Shown here piece after piece: positions 47,101 to 59,571 of a stretch of 64,000 bases of DNA. Below the pieces are notes generated by a model. That model saw only the letters and a list, made by a program, of their open reading frames with translations, was not told the DNA's origin and made no database searches. This DNA is from Isurus oxyrinchus (lineage: Eukaryota): assembly GCA_026770705.1 (NCBI GenBank), contig JANJGN010000121.1:62001-126000 (forward strand). The letters run 5' to 3'. How positions within the stretch are numbered: position 1 is the first letter of the stretch; every line of letters starts with the position of its first letter. Both the position numbers and the translations under genes were made by a program.

Positions 47101-50100
47101 AGAGAGCAGTGGAGGCTGGGCCATTGAATAGACTCAAGGCTGAGTGAGGCAGGTTTTTGATCGACAAGGGAGTCAAGGGTTTGGGGGACAGGCAGGAAAA
47201 TGGAGTTAAGGCAACAACCAGATCAGTGAGAGCATGCTCGAGGGGCCGAATGGCCTGCTCCTGTCCCTGTTTCTTATGTTCCTACATTCTTACCATCTTA
47301 AAATATTAAAGCTGCAGAATAAACATGCAAGTGACTGACCCGCTCGACCCACCTTCCATCTGGGGGTCCCATGGGGAGGACCCTTCCTGAGCCAGATCCA
47401 CCAGCCAACATGGTCTGGATCCGAGCACAGGAGACACGGGGGGGAGTGACTGACAGGCTCCTTGTGACAGGCCCCGTCTGTCCAATGGCTGGCTTTCAGC
47501 TGCCAAGGCCAGAGTGGTCCTTGCTAAAACCGGCTCAGGACAGGCCAGGACCCCTGTGCAGACCCCCTCCAGCGCTGCAGCCTCTGTACAAACCCCTCAT
47601 GCGCTTGTGGAGAGACACAAACAAGGCTGCACATTACCGAGGAGAATCCCCTCTACAGACTAAGGTGCTGACTCATCACCCTAAACTCAGCAAATGAGGA
47701 GGCTCTCGCTCGGTATCGGGGCTTGGCATTCGCTCAATAAAAATAATCAAATGACATTTTGGTCAGAAATCTAAGGAGGTTGTACATTCCCTCAAAAATA
47801 AGACTCGATCTGGGGTCGAGAGTCAAAGGGCAACAACTTATATTTTGACAACAACTTTAACATGACAAATCGCCCCAAGGTGCTACACAGGAGCGTCATA
47901 AAACAAAGTATGTCACCCAGACACGTGTAGATATTAGCGACAGCTGACCAGAAGAGGTCGGTGTTATGGAGAGACAGAGAGAAAGAGACAGAGAGAGAGA
48001 GAGAGGGAGAGGAAGAGGGAGAGGGAGAGATTTAGGGTAGGAACTCTAGGGTGGTGAAAGGCGCTGTAGAAATGTAAATCTTTCTTCTGTCGATATGTCA
48101 GACTTCAAGACAGGATTTGAGAGATTGATGGGAGTGGATAAACTGATAACATTGATAGACACAGTCAACACATTTAATCATTGATATTAAAGTGAGTATT
48201 AGACATTGCTTTAGGACTGAACTGGAAGCTATCATCAGGTTATTGAGAATCAGACAGTGTGTTATAATAACCTGTGTTTTGTGTTAATATGTAAACATCA
48301 CAGTTTGTGTTATTTCCCCTTGAGTGTTGAATGTGAATTGTTGAGTAATTATAACACAGCACTTACCAGAAATGTGAAGCTGGGTTGCAGGATAGTAGCT
48401 GTAACTATTACTGTTGTCAAATTCTATTCTGAAAAAATAAGGTCCTGCATCTTCCCGTCTGATGTTGTTTATAATCAGGGAACAGTCGCCATCTTTCAGG
48501 TCTCCAGACAGCCGGGTCCAATGGTGGAACCGTGGTAACTCGTGACTGTGATCCTTGGAGTGAAAGGCAATGGGAGCCCAGGGAATCTGTTCCTGATTAT
48601 TAAACCAGAGTCCACCTCGCGGTTGGTTTTCCAGACACGATGGATAACTGTAATGACATGGAATCTGTACACAGGAACCTTCCTGCGCTGTCACCTCTCG
48701 TGGAGTGTCACATTTCCACTCTTGTGACAGTCCAACTGGGGATAGAAATCTCAATATTTATCTCTGGATGGTTTGTGGATCCACTAGACTCAAAATTTAC
48801 AGATGAGGCTGAATTGGGGGGATGGTCAATACTGAGGAGAATGGCAACAAATTATTTTGGCAGGAAGAATAGAAAATCAGAATATTATTTAACTGGAGAC
48901 AGGCTGCAGAATGCAGTACAGAGGGATCTGGGTGTCCTTGTACATGAATCACAGAAAGTCAGCATTCAGGAAAACCACGGAATGAGGAAGGCAAGTGGAA
49001 TGTTGGCCTTTATTGCAAAGGGATGGAGTATAAAAGGAGGGAAGTCTTGCAACAGCTGCACAGGGCGTTAGTGAGATTTTAACAGGATCATTGTGTACAG
49101 GCAGTTCAGAGAAGCTTCATTGGGCTGATTCCTGGGATTAAAGGGTTTGTCCTGTGAGGAAATGTTGAGCAGGTTGGGCCTGTATCCATTGGAGTTTAGA
49201 AGAATGAGGGGTGATCTTATTGAAACATATCCGATTCCGAGGGAGCTTGACAGGGTGGATGCTGGGAGGATGTTTCCCCCTCGTGGGGGAATCTTGAACC
49301 AGGGAGCACAGTTTCGGAATGAGGGCTCCCCCATTTAAGACTGAGATGAGGAGGAATTTCCTCTCTCAGAGGGACGCTAGCCTGTGGAATTCTCTTCCCC
49401 AGACAGCAGTGGAGGCTGGGCCATTGAATAGACTCAAGGCTGAGTGAGGCATGTTTTTGATCAACAAGGGAGTCAAGGGTTTGGGGGACAGGCAGGAAAA
49501 TGGAGTTAAGGCCACAACCAGATCAGCGAGGGCAGGCTCGAGGGGCCGAATGGCCTTCTGCTGTCCCAATTTCTTATGTTCCTACATTCTTACCTTCTTA
49601 AAATATTAAAGCTGCAGAATAAACATGCAAGTGACTGACCCGCTCGACCCACCTTCCATCTGGGGTTCCCATGGGGAGGACCCTTCCTGAGCCAGATCCA
49701 CCAGTCAACATGGTCTGGATCCGAGCACAGGAGACACGGTGGGGAGTGACTAACAGGCTCCTTGTGACAGGCCCTGTCTGTCCAATGGCTGACTTTCAGC
49801 TGCCAAGGCCAGAGTGGTCCTTGCTAAAACCGGCTCAGGACAGGCCAGGACCCCTGTGCAGACCCCCTCCAGCGCTGCAGCCTCTGTACAAATCCCTCAT
49901 GCGCTTGTGGAGAGACACATACAAGGCTGTACATTACCGAGGAGAATCCCCTCTACGGACTAAGGGGCTGACTCATCACCTTAAACTCAGCAAATGAGGA
50001 GGCTCTCGCTCGGTATCGGGGCTTGGCATTCGCTCAATAAAAATAATCAAATGACACTTTGGTCAGAAATCTAAGCAGGTTGTACATTCCCTCAAAAATA

Positions 50101-53100
50101 AGACTCAATCTGGGGTCGAGGGTCAAAGGGCAACAACTTATATTTTCACAACAACTTTAACATGACAAATCACCCCAAGGTGCTACACAGGAGCGTCATA
50201 AAACAAAGTATGTCACGCAGACACATGTGGAGATATTAGCGACAGCTGACCAGAAGGGATCGGTGTTATGGAGAAACTTAAAAGAGGGATGAAATGGTTA
50301 GTGAGAGAGAGAGAGTGAGTGTGAGGGATGGAGAGGGCTTAAGGGAGGGTATTACGGAGCTCGGTCCCCAGGCAGCTGAAGGCATGGCCACCGATGTTAG
50401 AGTGTTGAGATCGGGGGATGGTCAAGAGGCTGGAATTGGAGGAGCGCAGAGACCTCTGAAGGTTGGTGGGTCTGGAGGAGGTTACAGAGATAGGGAGGGT
50501 TGTAGGGGCTGGAGGAGGTTACAGAGATAGCGAGGTTTGTAGTGATTGGATGAGTTATAGCGATAGGGAGGTTTTTAGGGGCTGGAAAAGTTAAGAGAGA
50601 TTGGGAGAGTGTAGGGTCTGGAGGAGTTTGCAGAGGTCGGGAGGGTTGTAGTGACTGGGGCAGGTTACAGGGGCAGGGAAAGTTGTCGGGACTGGAGCAG
50701 GCTACAGAGATAGGGAAGCTTTTAGGGGCAGGAGGAAGTTACAGAAATAGGGAGGGTTGTAGTGGCTGGAGGAGGTTGCAGAGATTGGTAGGTTTGTTGG
50801 GCAGGATGAATTTACAGATATAGGGAAGCGGTAGAGGCTTGAAGAGGTTACAGAGAATGGGATGGTTGTAGGTACTGGAGGAGGACGAGGAGATTACAGG
50901 GATAATGAGGAAACAAAGATGAAAATTTGGACATTGAGACTTTGCTTGACCAGGAGCCAGTCTCGGTCATCGAGCAGAGCGGGTGATAAGGGAACGGGAC
51001 TTGGTGTGAGTAAGGACGTGGTCAGCAGTTTTGGATGGCCTCAAGTTTATGGAGTGTAGAGCGTGTGTTGGAACAGTCGAGACTGGAGGTAATGAAGGCG
51101 TGGATGAGGGTTTCAGCAGCAGATGAGCTGAGACAGAGTGATGTCGTGCGATGTTAAGGAGGTGGAAATAGACGGTGTTAGTGAGGGCGCAGATATGAGG
51201 CCGGAAGCTCATCTCAGGATCAAATAGGACAACAAAGCTGTGAACAGATTGGCTTCAATCTCAGAGAGCAGCCAGGGAGAGGAATGGAGTTGGTAGCGAG
51301 GGAACAGAGTTTGGAGCGGGGAATGAAGACAATGGCTTCAGTCTTTCCAATATTTAATTGGAGGGAATTTCTGCCCATCCAGTACTGGATGTCGGATAAG
51401 CAGCCTGATAATTTAGCAGCAGTGGAGGAGTCGAGAGAGGTGGTGGTGAGGTAGAGCTGGGGATCCTCAGTGGACAGGTGAAAACTAACACTGTTCAGAT
51501 GATGCTGCAAAGCCATTGCAAGTGATTCTCTGGCTACGATGAGATGGATAAGAATGGAGCCAGGGGAGAGCAGTCCCACCCAGCTGGACGACAGTGGAGA
51601 GGTGTTGGAGGAGGATGGTGTCGTCGAGCGTGTCAAAGGCTGCAGACAGATCGAGAAGGACGAGGAGGGAAAGTTGACCTTTGTCACAGTCACACAGGAT
51701 GCCATTTGTGACGTTGATAAGAGCTGTTTCAGCATAGTGGCTGGGGTGGGAACCTGATTGGAGGGATTCAAACATGGAGTTGCGGGAAAGATGGGGACGG
51801 ATTCGGGAGATGGAAACACGTTCAAGGACTTTGGAGGGGAAAGAGAGGCTGGAGATGGGACGGGGGTTTACACGGACAGTGTGAGGGGTGAAAGGTGTAG
51901 TGAGGAGGAGACACTTCACTCAGGGGGGAAGTGTCATCACCCCTCAGCTCGGTTTATGTTACAGCTATGATGTGGATTCAATCACACACAATAAGCTCAT
52001 GGATCTGGGAGCAGAAATAGACAAATCATTAAAAATAGTGACGCTGGTTAACATGGCCAAAAAACAAGCAAATCAAACACTATTATTTCCCATTGAGTGT
52101 TGGATGTGAATTGTTGAGTAATTATAACACAGCACTTACCAGAAACCTGAAGCTGGGTTTCAGGGTAATAGTTATGGCTCGGACCATTGTCAAATTCTAT
52201 TCTGAAAAAATAAGGTGCTTCATCTTCCCGTCTGATGTTGTTTATAATCAGGGAACAGTCGCCATCTTTCAGGTCTCCAGACAGCCGGGTCCAATGGTGG
52301 AACCGTGGTAACTCGTGACTGTGATCCTTGGAGTGAAAGGCTATAGACCATTTAGACCATTTGTTCTGTATGTACCTCCTCATATACCAGATTCCGACAT
52401 GTGTTTTCTTTACCAAATGTGATGAGTAACTGTAATGACATGGAATCTGTACACATGAACCTTCCTGCGCTGTCATCTCTCGGGGACTGTCACCTTTCCA
52501 CTCTTGTGACAGTCCAACTGGGGAGAGAAATATCAATATTAAACTCTGGATGGTTTGTAGATCCACTAGACTCGATATCCACCCCCTCCATCACTGGGGC
52601 ACAGTGGCTGCAGTTTGGACCATCTACAGGACACACAAGGAACTCCACAAGGTATCACAATGGATGGAAGAGAATCCTGGACACAGGAGTGGGCAAGTTC
52701 ATTCTACATTGGCTGATGGTGCTCAGGACCCTGTTTGTGCACAAGCCTGCTATCCAACAGAACTGATGTTGGGGAAAATCCATTTGGAATTCCACTGTCC
52801 AGGGCATTGTGTTAACTTGCTGAGTTTGTTTTAAATCTAACATCTATTTTTGGTCTGTTGCCTTAAAGGGAGTGTAACTGGGAGTCAGGTTAATTAGGAA
52901 TTTTAGGAGTTATTATAGCAGTCATTGTAGTCTTATGTATGTGCTTAAAATCTTTTATTTTGATGACAAATATTTTAATTTATTTTTTTAAATCTCTAAA
53001 GGTCTTGGTGTAATTATTGCTTCTGAATTCAGTGCACACATCTCATAATAAATACAAATTGCAAAATCATTATGATCGTGTGACCACCTTTCTCTCATGG

Positions 53101-56100
53101 ACTTGGTCTGCCTGGCACACATCACCTGCCAAGTGATAACACTGTTGTAATATGCCTTTCAGGGACAGCAGCATGACATCACTCGAGGGGAAGTGTGTCA
53201 TGTGATTTTTAGGAGTTGGGCTTGGCTAAAGGAAGTTCTCTGTGTATTTGTGTGCGTTAGGCATAAGGTATATCTTTCAGTTCAAGTTTAGTTTGTATTT
53301 CTGTATTTGAGTGTTTTGAAAAGGGGGAACTTGAGTTTTGGTTTCACTTTGGAAGAAGCCGCCTATCTAATGCGTTTTTATGACTCTTGAAGGGAAGTCA
53401 AAACAAACACAAGGTAGAAGAAACTGTGCTGTTGCCTAGTAACAATGATCCAGAGGGAAAGACCCACAGAGACCGAGAAAAACAGAAAAGTACTTTCAGT
53501 TCTGTTGAAAGGAGTTGCCAGGAGAAGCAGCAAAGGAGCGGGACAGATAGTCAGTCCCAAAGTAAAGATGAAGCAAAAACCATCAAGTGGAACAGGAGAA
53601 AGGGCCCAAGAAGACCTTCTAGTCAAATCTGGAAAAGGCCCTGTTAAGTGAAGTTAAGAGTGAGGAGCAGAAGAAGGCTCCAAACATAAAGGGAGAAAGA
53701 AGCAGGACACAGACCTAAAGCAAAATAGGCTTGTGAGAAGCCAGAAGATCCTAGGAGACACCACAGGTTGGTGACTCATTACTACGGCCATGTGAAGCCA
53801 TGGTGTTCCATTGACACGGCTGAGCATTGGAGAGACAGGGCGTGGAAGGAAGGCTGAATACACGTGGCGATCCAGGGGGCAGGAACATGGGAAGGAGAGT
53901 TTGAAATAGTGAAAGTGGACCCTTGTGGAAGGTGTCTGAGTGAAAGTGTCATGTTGGAGAAGATTCCAAAGTGAGTTCTTGGAGAGTGGAGATTGGAAAC
54001 TCTCATATGAAAGAAGCTTTTCAGTGAGACTGGTTGGCTCACAGTGTAACAAGCGTCTGGGGTCAGATGAGGAGGGAGACATAGCATTTGTTTCAAGTGG
54101 GTTCTGTCAGTTTCTTTAAGAATGTGGTGTCCCTGACCACAGGTCGTCTATTGGTTTACATCGACTGTGTACTTAGTGTGAACATGAGAGTATAAGATAG
54201 CTATTGTAACTTGTGTTCTACTTATGAATCTGTAAAGGTATAGGTCTGGGTGAAGGAGTAATGTAATATAGTTTGTCTTTCCTAGTTTAATAAATGTTTT
54301 ATTCTTTTGTTAGAAGATCATCAGATGACTCCTGTGACTCTGTTCAGTAGCCGCACTCCACATTCCTAAATAATAAATAAAAGTTAGGACCTATCAAGCT
54401 GAGTTCCACCCTGGGATCTGACTTGCCCAGTAGTAACATCAGCTGGGATGATAACACCATCCAGTCCAAGTTTCACTTTGGCCTGTGAGCAGAACACAGC
54501 TCACACAGTTTGGCCGCAGGTGTCTTCCAGCTTTCTATCCTTGTATATCTGTTCTCATGTCCCTGTTCTAAATAACTGAACCCACAATGTGTTTACCCAA
54601 ATCCGTATCAGTGGCTGGTGCCTTTATATCATTATAAAAACACAACATGGTGATCAGCGGTGGCCAAACATTCTGGCAGCAAGATTCAGTACAGGTATGA
54701 CGTGGTGAACAGCCTTAGATCGAGCTACATGACATGAGACGACCCTCGACGCTTTGGTCAGACCACAACAGAGACACAGCATCAGAGAGGGTTGAAATCG
54801 CAGTGTACTGACTGCTCAGGAAACCTTTGAAGACACAGTGACGGGAAAGAGCTCAAGTAAAGAGCTGGGGAGCAGACGGATCCCTCGTGGTGAGATTACA
54901 GCACACGGCCTGTAGGTCAGTGAGTGGGACAGTGTGTATCGCCAGGACCAGCAGCGGGTTAGCTCAGTCAGGGAAGGCGAGTGACCAGGGTGTGGGCTGG
55001 ATCGCTAGTGAGCGAGGGAGAGTCAAACACACAAAAACCATTATAAAAATCAGCCCAGAGAAGTTAGTGATTATAACGGGCGGCTTCGAGATTGCTGAAC
55101 AGCAAATTGAATAAAAAACAAAGACTCCATTACTCCGTGGTGTGTTCCTGCCACAACCCGTCTTCGTGGGCAGAGCTTCGGAAAAGCGCACGAAAGGGGC
55201 TAAAGCGACACTCATCCCAGGTCCTGTAGGAGAAGGAAGGTCAAAGGAATATTGTCAGAATGTCCACGAAATTCCCCAGTTTGAACTGGGATGTAGCTGA
55301 CCGACTATCTGAATTCAGAATGTTTAAACAGCGTACAGAGCTCTGGTTTCCTGATTCAGCTGTGACTGAACCAGACGAACAAGCCATAAAAATTCACCTC
55401 GCGATTGGGAATGAAGGTCTACACAGGCTGAAGACATCAGGATTAACAGCAGAAGAGCGAAAGGATCCCCAATAGATATGTACGATATTGGAAGACAGGT
55501 TCAGAATCAGTGAAACTCCATATTCATCAACTAGAGTTTATGTCATTTCATCAGCCTACACAATCCATAGACCACTTCATCAGCCGATGTAGAGAAAAGG
55601 GTACGCACTGTGATTTCAAACACAGAGCCTGCAGACACAGTTGTTGAGTTGGCGATCGCATCCACTCCCATGGAAGCCTTCCAGAAAGATCTGCTAGATA
55701 AGACCAAAACCTATAGCATTGAAGATCTACTCAAGGATGGACATAAATACAAAGTGATCCTCGCAGGTCAACGAAGCTTACAGGTCCTCAGTACAACATC
55801 AATTGTTGACACACTCACTAGAACATCCAAACCTAGTGAGACGTGTGGAAGGTGTGGCCTTCTGCAGGCACCAAGGAAATGCCCAGCTTTCCACCAATCC
55901 TGCAAGGCTTGTGGCAGAAAGGGCCATTGACAGCGGCAGGGAACTAGAGCAAAGGCTGATGCAGCTACAAAGAGCCGTGGGCTGATCCAAACAGACCCTA
56001 CACAACGGGGAACCTTCAAGCAATAAGAATGACCATCCGCTATCCCATCAGGAACATATACATGTGGTGACTGACAAACCAGGAAATGGCGATGATGTGC

Positions 56101-59100
56101 ACGGTGAGACGAGGAGCGGTGATCGATATTCCACCTCTCACACATATCCTAATGTGGCTTGCCAATAAATTATGGATTGTTGTCCTTAATGATCTCTCTG
56201 GTCACATCAAATAAACTGAAAATGTCCAATAGGGGTGGGATTTTCTGGCCCCACCCACTGCCAGGATTGTCCGGTCCAGCCGAAAGCCAATGGATTTATG
56301 TCTGTCCCATTCTCCCACGGCAGGTCCCACCATGACTGGGCCGCAAAACCCCGGCCTAGAGTTTGTGCAACACTTGTGCTCAACGTATTTTGCAATTGTA
56401 GAACAATTTCACACCTTTTACACCATCAATCTCACGGAGAACAGATGCTGTCTCATCACCCGCACTATTGGCCAAGATTCCAATTATCTGCCCTGAGAAA
56501 GTTGCTACCTCCCCTTTATTGGCCAAGATTGACACAGGGGCAAGTGCCAACATTCCCCTCCCCCAGCTCAAACCAGCAAATTTTCAAAGACATGTATCCA
56601 AGGACATGGAAGGCAATGGAAAACCTACTGCTGTGTACAACACTTCACCAACTCCATGTGCGGAATACATAGTCCTGGGGTGCAAGTACAATCAATCTTC
56701 CTGGGTGTCACAGATGTTCTACATTGTGGAGACTAAACGCTGAGCAATTACAAGTCTACCGTCATGCGGTGACCTCACACTAGTGACAATCCAGGAATCT
56801 GTCAGATCTCACATGGGTCAACCTCAGAAACTACCCCATCACCTCAGTTCATGCCATAACATTGAAATATGCAGAAAGTTTCAACAGTATTGGCAGTTTC
56901 AAGGGAGCTGCAACATTACAGCTGCAGGAGAATGCAAGTCTGTCAATTGATCCAGTATATTTAGCACAACAGAAATGATAGCAGCTACAAGAGGGAACAG
57001 TGAAAAATTCTACAGGAACTGTGGAAATATCATTGAAAGGGTGGCCTGATTCAACTTGACCTCATCGGGATAAGCGAGGCATCTCCCAGGGAGTCATTTT
57101 TAATGGCAGGCATCGCATCATACCGGAACATTTGTGATCCTATATTCTTCAACAACTTCATCCCTCACACATGGGCACAGATCAGACAAGGAGACTCACA
57201 AGAGATACAGTCACTGGCCGGGTATGAACAATGACCTTGAAGTTGTTGTAGGGAAGTACGAGGCTTGTCAAGAGGATGAGCCAAGTCAACACAAAGAACC
57301 ACTGATTCCACAGGAAATTCCTGCCCATTCTTAGTCCAAAATCACATCTGAATCCTTTCATGTCCATGTCACTGACATCATCGTCATCGTCGACAGCTTT
57401 ACCAGATATCCCGTTATTCAAAAATAGCACAACACACCAAGCACAACTGGTGCACACACTCTAAGCACTATTTTCAGTTTATGTGGTGAAACTAGGGACA
57501 TGATTACAGATAATCTGGAATATCAATCACACTACTTCTTCTCCTCATTACCCCAGATCTAACAGCCTAGCTGAATGAATGATTCACACAGTGAAATCCC
57601 TAATTCTCAAATGTAGACAGACCAAGCAAGATCCACACATTGCAATGTTACATCTGAGATCGACACCTACAACTGCAACTTTGTTAAATTCATTCATGGG
57701 ATGTGGGAGACACTGGCCAGGCCAGGATTTATTACCCATCCCTAATGTAAGAGTTAACCACTTTGACGTGGAGTCTGGAGTCACATGTCGGCCAGACAAT
57801 TTTGTTCCCTAAAGGGCACTGGTGAACCAGGTGGGATTTCCAACAATGGTTTTGTGGTCATCACTAAACTTTGAATTTCATATTTTTATTAAATTCAAAT
57901 TCCATCATCTATTATGACAGGATTTGAACCCATATTCTCAGGACATTACCCTGGGTCTCTGAATTACTCATCCAGCAGCAATACCACTACACCATCACCT
58001 CACCTTATTCCGTCACTGACAGAGATCATGTTTGGTGGGCCAGTAGTGACCAATTTCGCTACTCTTACCCATTCTAATCTCTCAGAAACCAGAGGGCAAC
58101 TTTTAAAACTACAAGAGAAGATAAGGAATGTTCATGATAAAAATGGAGGTGCAGAGTTGCCAAGTTTACAGTTGGGACAAGTTCACATCCAGGATCCCAC
58201 AGAAGGTTCATGATCACCAGCCGAGGTGACAAGGATTTGTTCAGAACCAAGGGCCTATGGAGTCAAACACACAAGGGCACAGCGGTGAGGCGGAACCGAG
58301 GATAAATCAGATCCATTCCCGCTCCTATTCCATCGAGGAGAAGATTCCACATGAAATCAGGAACAACATCCAAGGGTGACAATCCCACAGATCACGGTGA
58401 GCAGTTAAAGACACCTCCAGACAAGGTAACCAGCACAAGATCTGGGTGTACCAGAAGGTTAAATCCACACTTTAGAGACTCAAATATTCAACAGTTCCAT
58501 GCACTTATGTAATTGTCAATAAACATGAACATGATATGAGAAACCGCTTGCTCCCTGTCCTTCTCAAAGATCCATTCCTGCAGCAGGAGCCTGAAGAGTT
58601 ATTGAAAAGGGACTTAATTTATCGGATTGTAGAATGATCCGGAACAGAAGGAAGCCATTTGGCCCATCGAACCTGTGCTGGGCCTTTGAAAGATCTGTCC
58701 AATTATTCCCACTCTAACCTCTGCTCTCTCCTCCACCGCCCTGCAAAATATCCCCTTCAAGTATTTATCCAGTTCCCCTTCTGAAAATTCCTGTTGAATC
58801 TGCTTCCACCGCCCTTTCAGGCAGTGAGTCAATGGTCTCTCTCTGAGCTGCAAAGTGATAAGTTTCAATGAAATATAAACTCTGCAGCAGATCAGAAACA
58901 ATCATGATAACTCAGAATATTTGACAGTTTTACATACAGACAGCTTTGCCTCCCTTCTCTCTATCAGTTATCTTGCTATCTTATCGAATTTTCTAGCATG
59001 GTGAGAAGGGACAGGAAGTGTGACGCTGAACTGCCTGTCTAATCTAAGAGCTTCTGTGTTGTCTTCATGGGAAATTCTGATGAAAATCAGCAAGAGAGAA

Positions 59101-59571
59101 AAATTTCAGGGCATTGATATTGGAGTGCTTGCATCAGGATAGACTTCATCCCCCAGTTTTTATCCCTGCTTCTCTATTCAGCCAATCGCTCCCCTGTCAC
59201 TCGCTGTCCTCCACTGGCTCCCAGTCCAACAATGACTCAATTTTCAAAATCTCTTCATTGATTCCTTATCCCTCCATCCTCCCTCTCCACTCCCTATCAC
59301 TGTCACCTCCTCCAGCCCTGAAACCCTTTGAGGTCTCTGCTGTCCTGCAGTTCTGCTGTCAGACAGGGAGTCAGTGTATATCAGTGAGCACAGGGGTGAT
59401 GGGTGAATGGGACTTGGTGTGAGTTTGTACACTGGCTCACTGCTGAATCGGTTCCCTATCAGAGCTCAATAAGAATGTTCTTTTACAATGACTATTAGCC
59501 ATAAGTCTGTCCACGCTGACGATGATATTACCTTGGAGAAGTGACAGGAGGAAGTAAGATTTCCCGATCAT
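41024..59571 (-). CDS. Gene 3: putative activating Siglec-like receptor (leader-V(x4)-D2-TM with Arg, short tail)
   Basis: Leader 59532-59571, V exons at 52140, 48367, 46067 and 43749, D2 42758-43054, TM 41024-41163; all junctions phase 1. Confidence 0.75.
42282..42434 (-). pseudogene. Gene 3 5'-truncated C2 exon remnant
   Basis: Only the HLNITMNRTSS...ITVE half remains; acceptor and first Cys are lost, with an in-frame TGA at the breakpoint. Confidence 0.8.
42758..43054 (-). CDS. Gene 3 Siglec domain-2 exon
   Basis: 297 nt, intact, CAAG|gtaaga. Confidence 0.9.
43749..44117 (-). CDS. Gene 3 V-set exon a
   Basis: 369 nt open frame, AG/GT intact, YFFRLE. Confidence 0.88.
46067..46435 (-). 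CDS. Gene 3 V-set exon b
   Basis: 369 nt open frame, AG/GT intact, YFFRIE. Confidence 0.88.
48367..48735 (-). CDS. Gene 3 V-set exon c
   Basis: 369 nt open frame; divergent DNSNSYSYYPAT segment. Confidence 0.88.
50280..51870 (-). mobile_element. L2 LINE fragment
   Basis: SLLVLLDLSAAFDTLDDTILLQHL and WMGRNSLQLNIGKTE. Confidence 0.85.
52140..52517 (-). CDS. Gene 3 V-set exon d (divergent C-C' region, +3 codons)
   Basis: 378 nt open frame; SSHLVKKTHVGIWYMRRYIQNKWSKWSIAF. Confidence 0.88.
53143..58613 (+). mobile_element. Decayed Ty3/Gypsy LTR retrotransposon with a second LTR nested in its 5' LTR
   Basis: 5' LTR TGTTGT(53143)...ACAACA(54647) followed by a TGG primer-binding site; gag Zn-knuckle CGRCG...CPA...CKACGRKGH; protease KIDTGASAN; integrase remnants (HWPGMNND, HYPRSN.LAE); many stops; most RT and the 3' LTR are missing; insert ~53205-54456. 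Confidence 0.85.
59532..59571 (-). CDS. Gene 3 proximal signal-peptide exon (MIGKSYFLLSLLQ)
   Basis: Intact leader within a cassette at ~58690-60170. Confidence 0.82.

Larger units (their letters stand above)
43480..50280 (-). repeat. Three tandem ~2.3-kb units (V exon + CR1 fragment + spacer)
   Basis: V donors 2318 and 2300 bp apart; shared junction ccactagactc|aaaatttacag upstream of each V. Confidence 0.92.

Noticed and set aside
43600-52600. RAG-type V(D)J rearranging locus (tandem V segments in a shark)
   Set aside because: Each V exon is a complete domain ending in a splice donor. I saw no heptamer-12/23-nonamer at its ends (the nearby cacagtt has no nonamer) and no J segments. The Cys/Arg pattern is Siglec, not Ig/TCR.
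55260-56743. Domesticated gag/protease gene
   Set aside because: Multiple stops and frameshifts; a decayed retrotransposon.
2698-59571. Assigning symbols such as MAG, CD22, CD33 or SIGLEC14/15
   Set aside because: Domain features are mixed and the genes look lineage-specific; orthology needs phylogeny and synteny.
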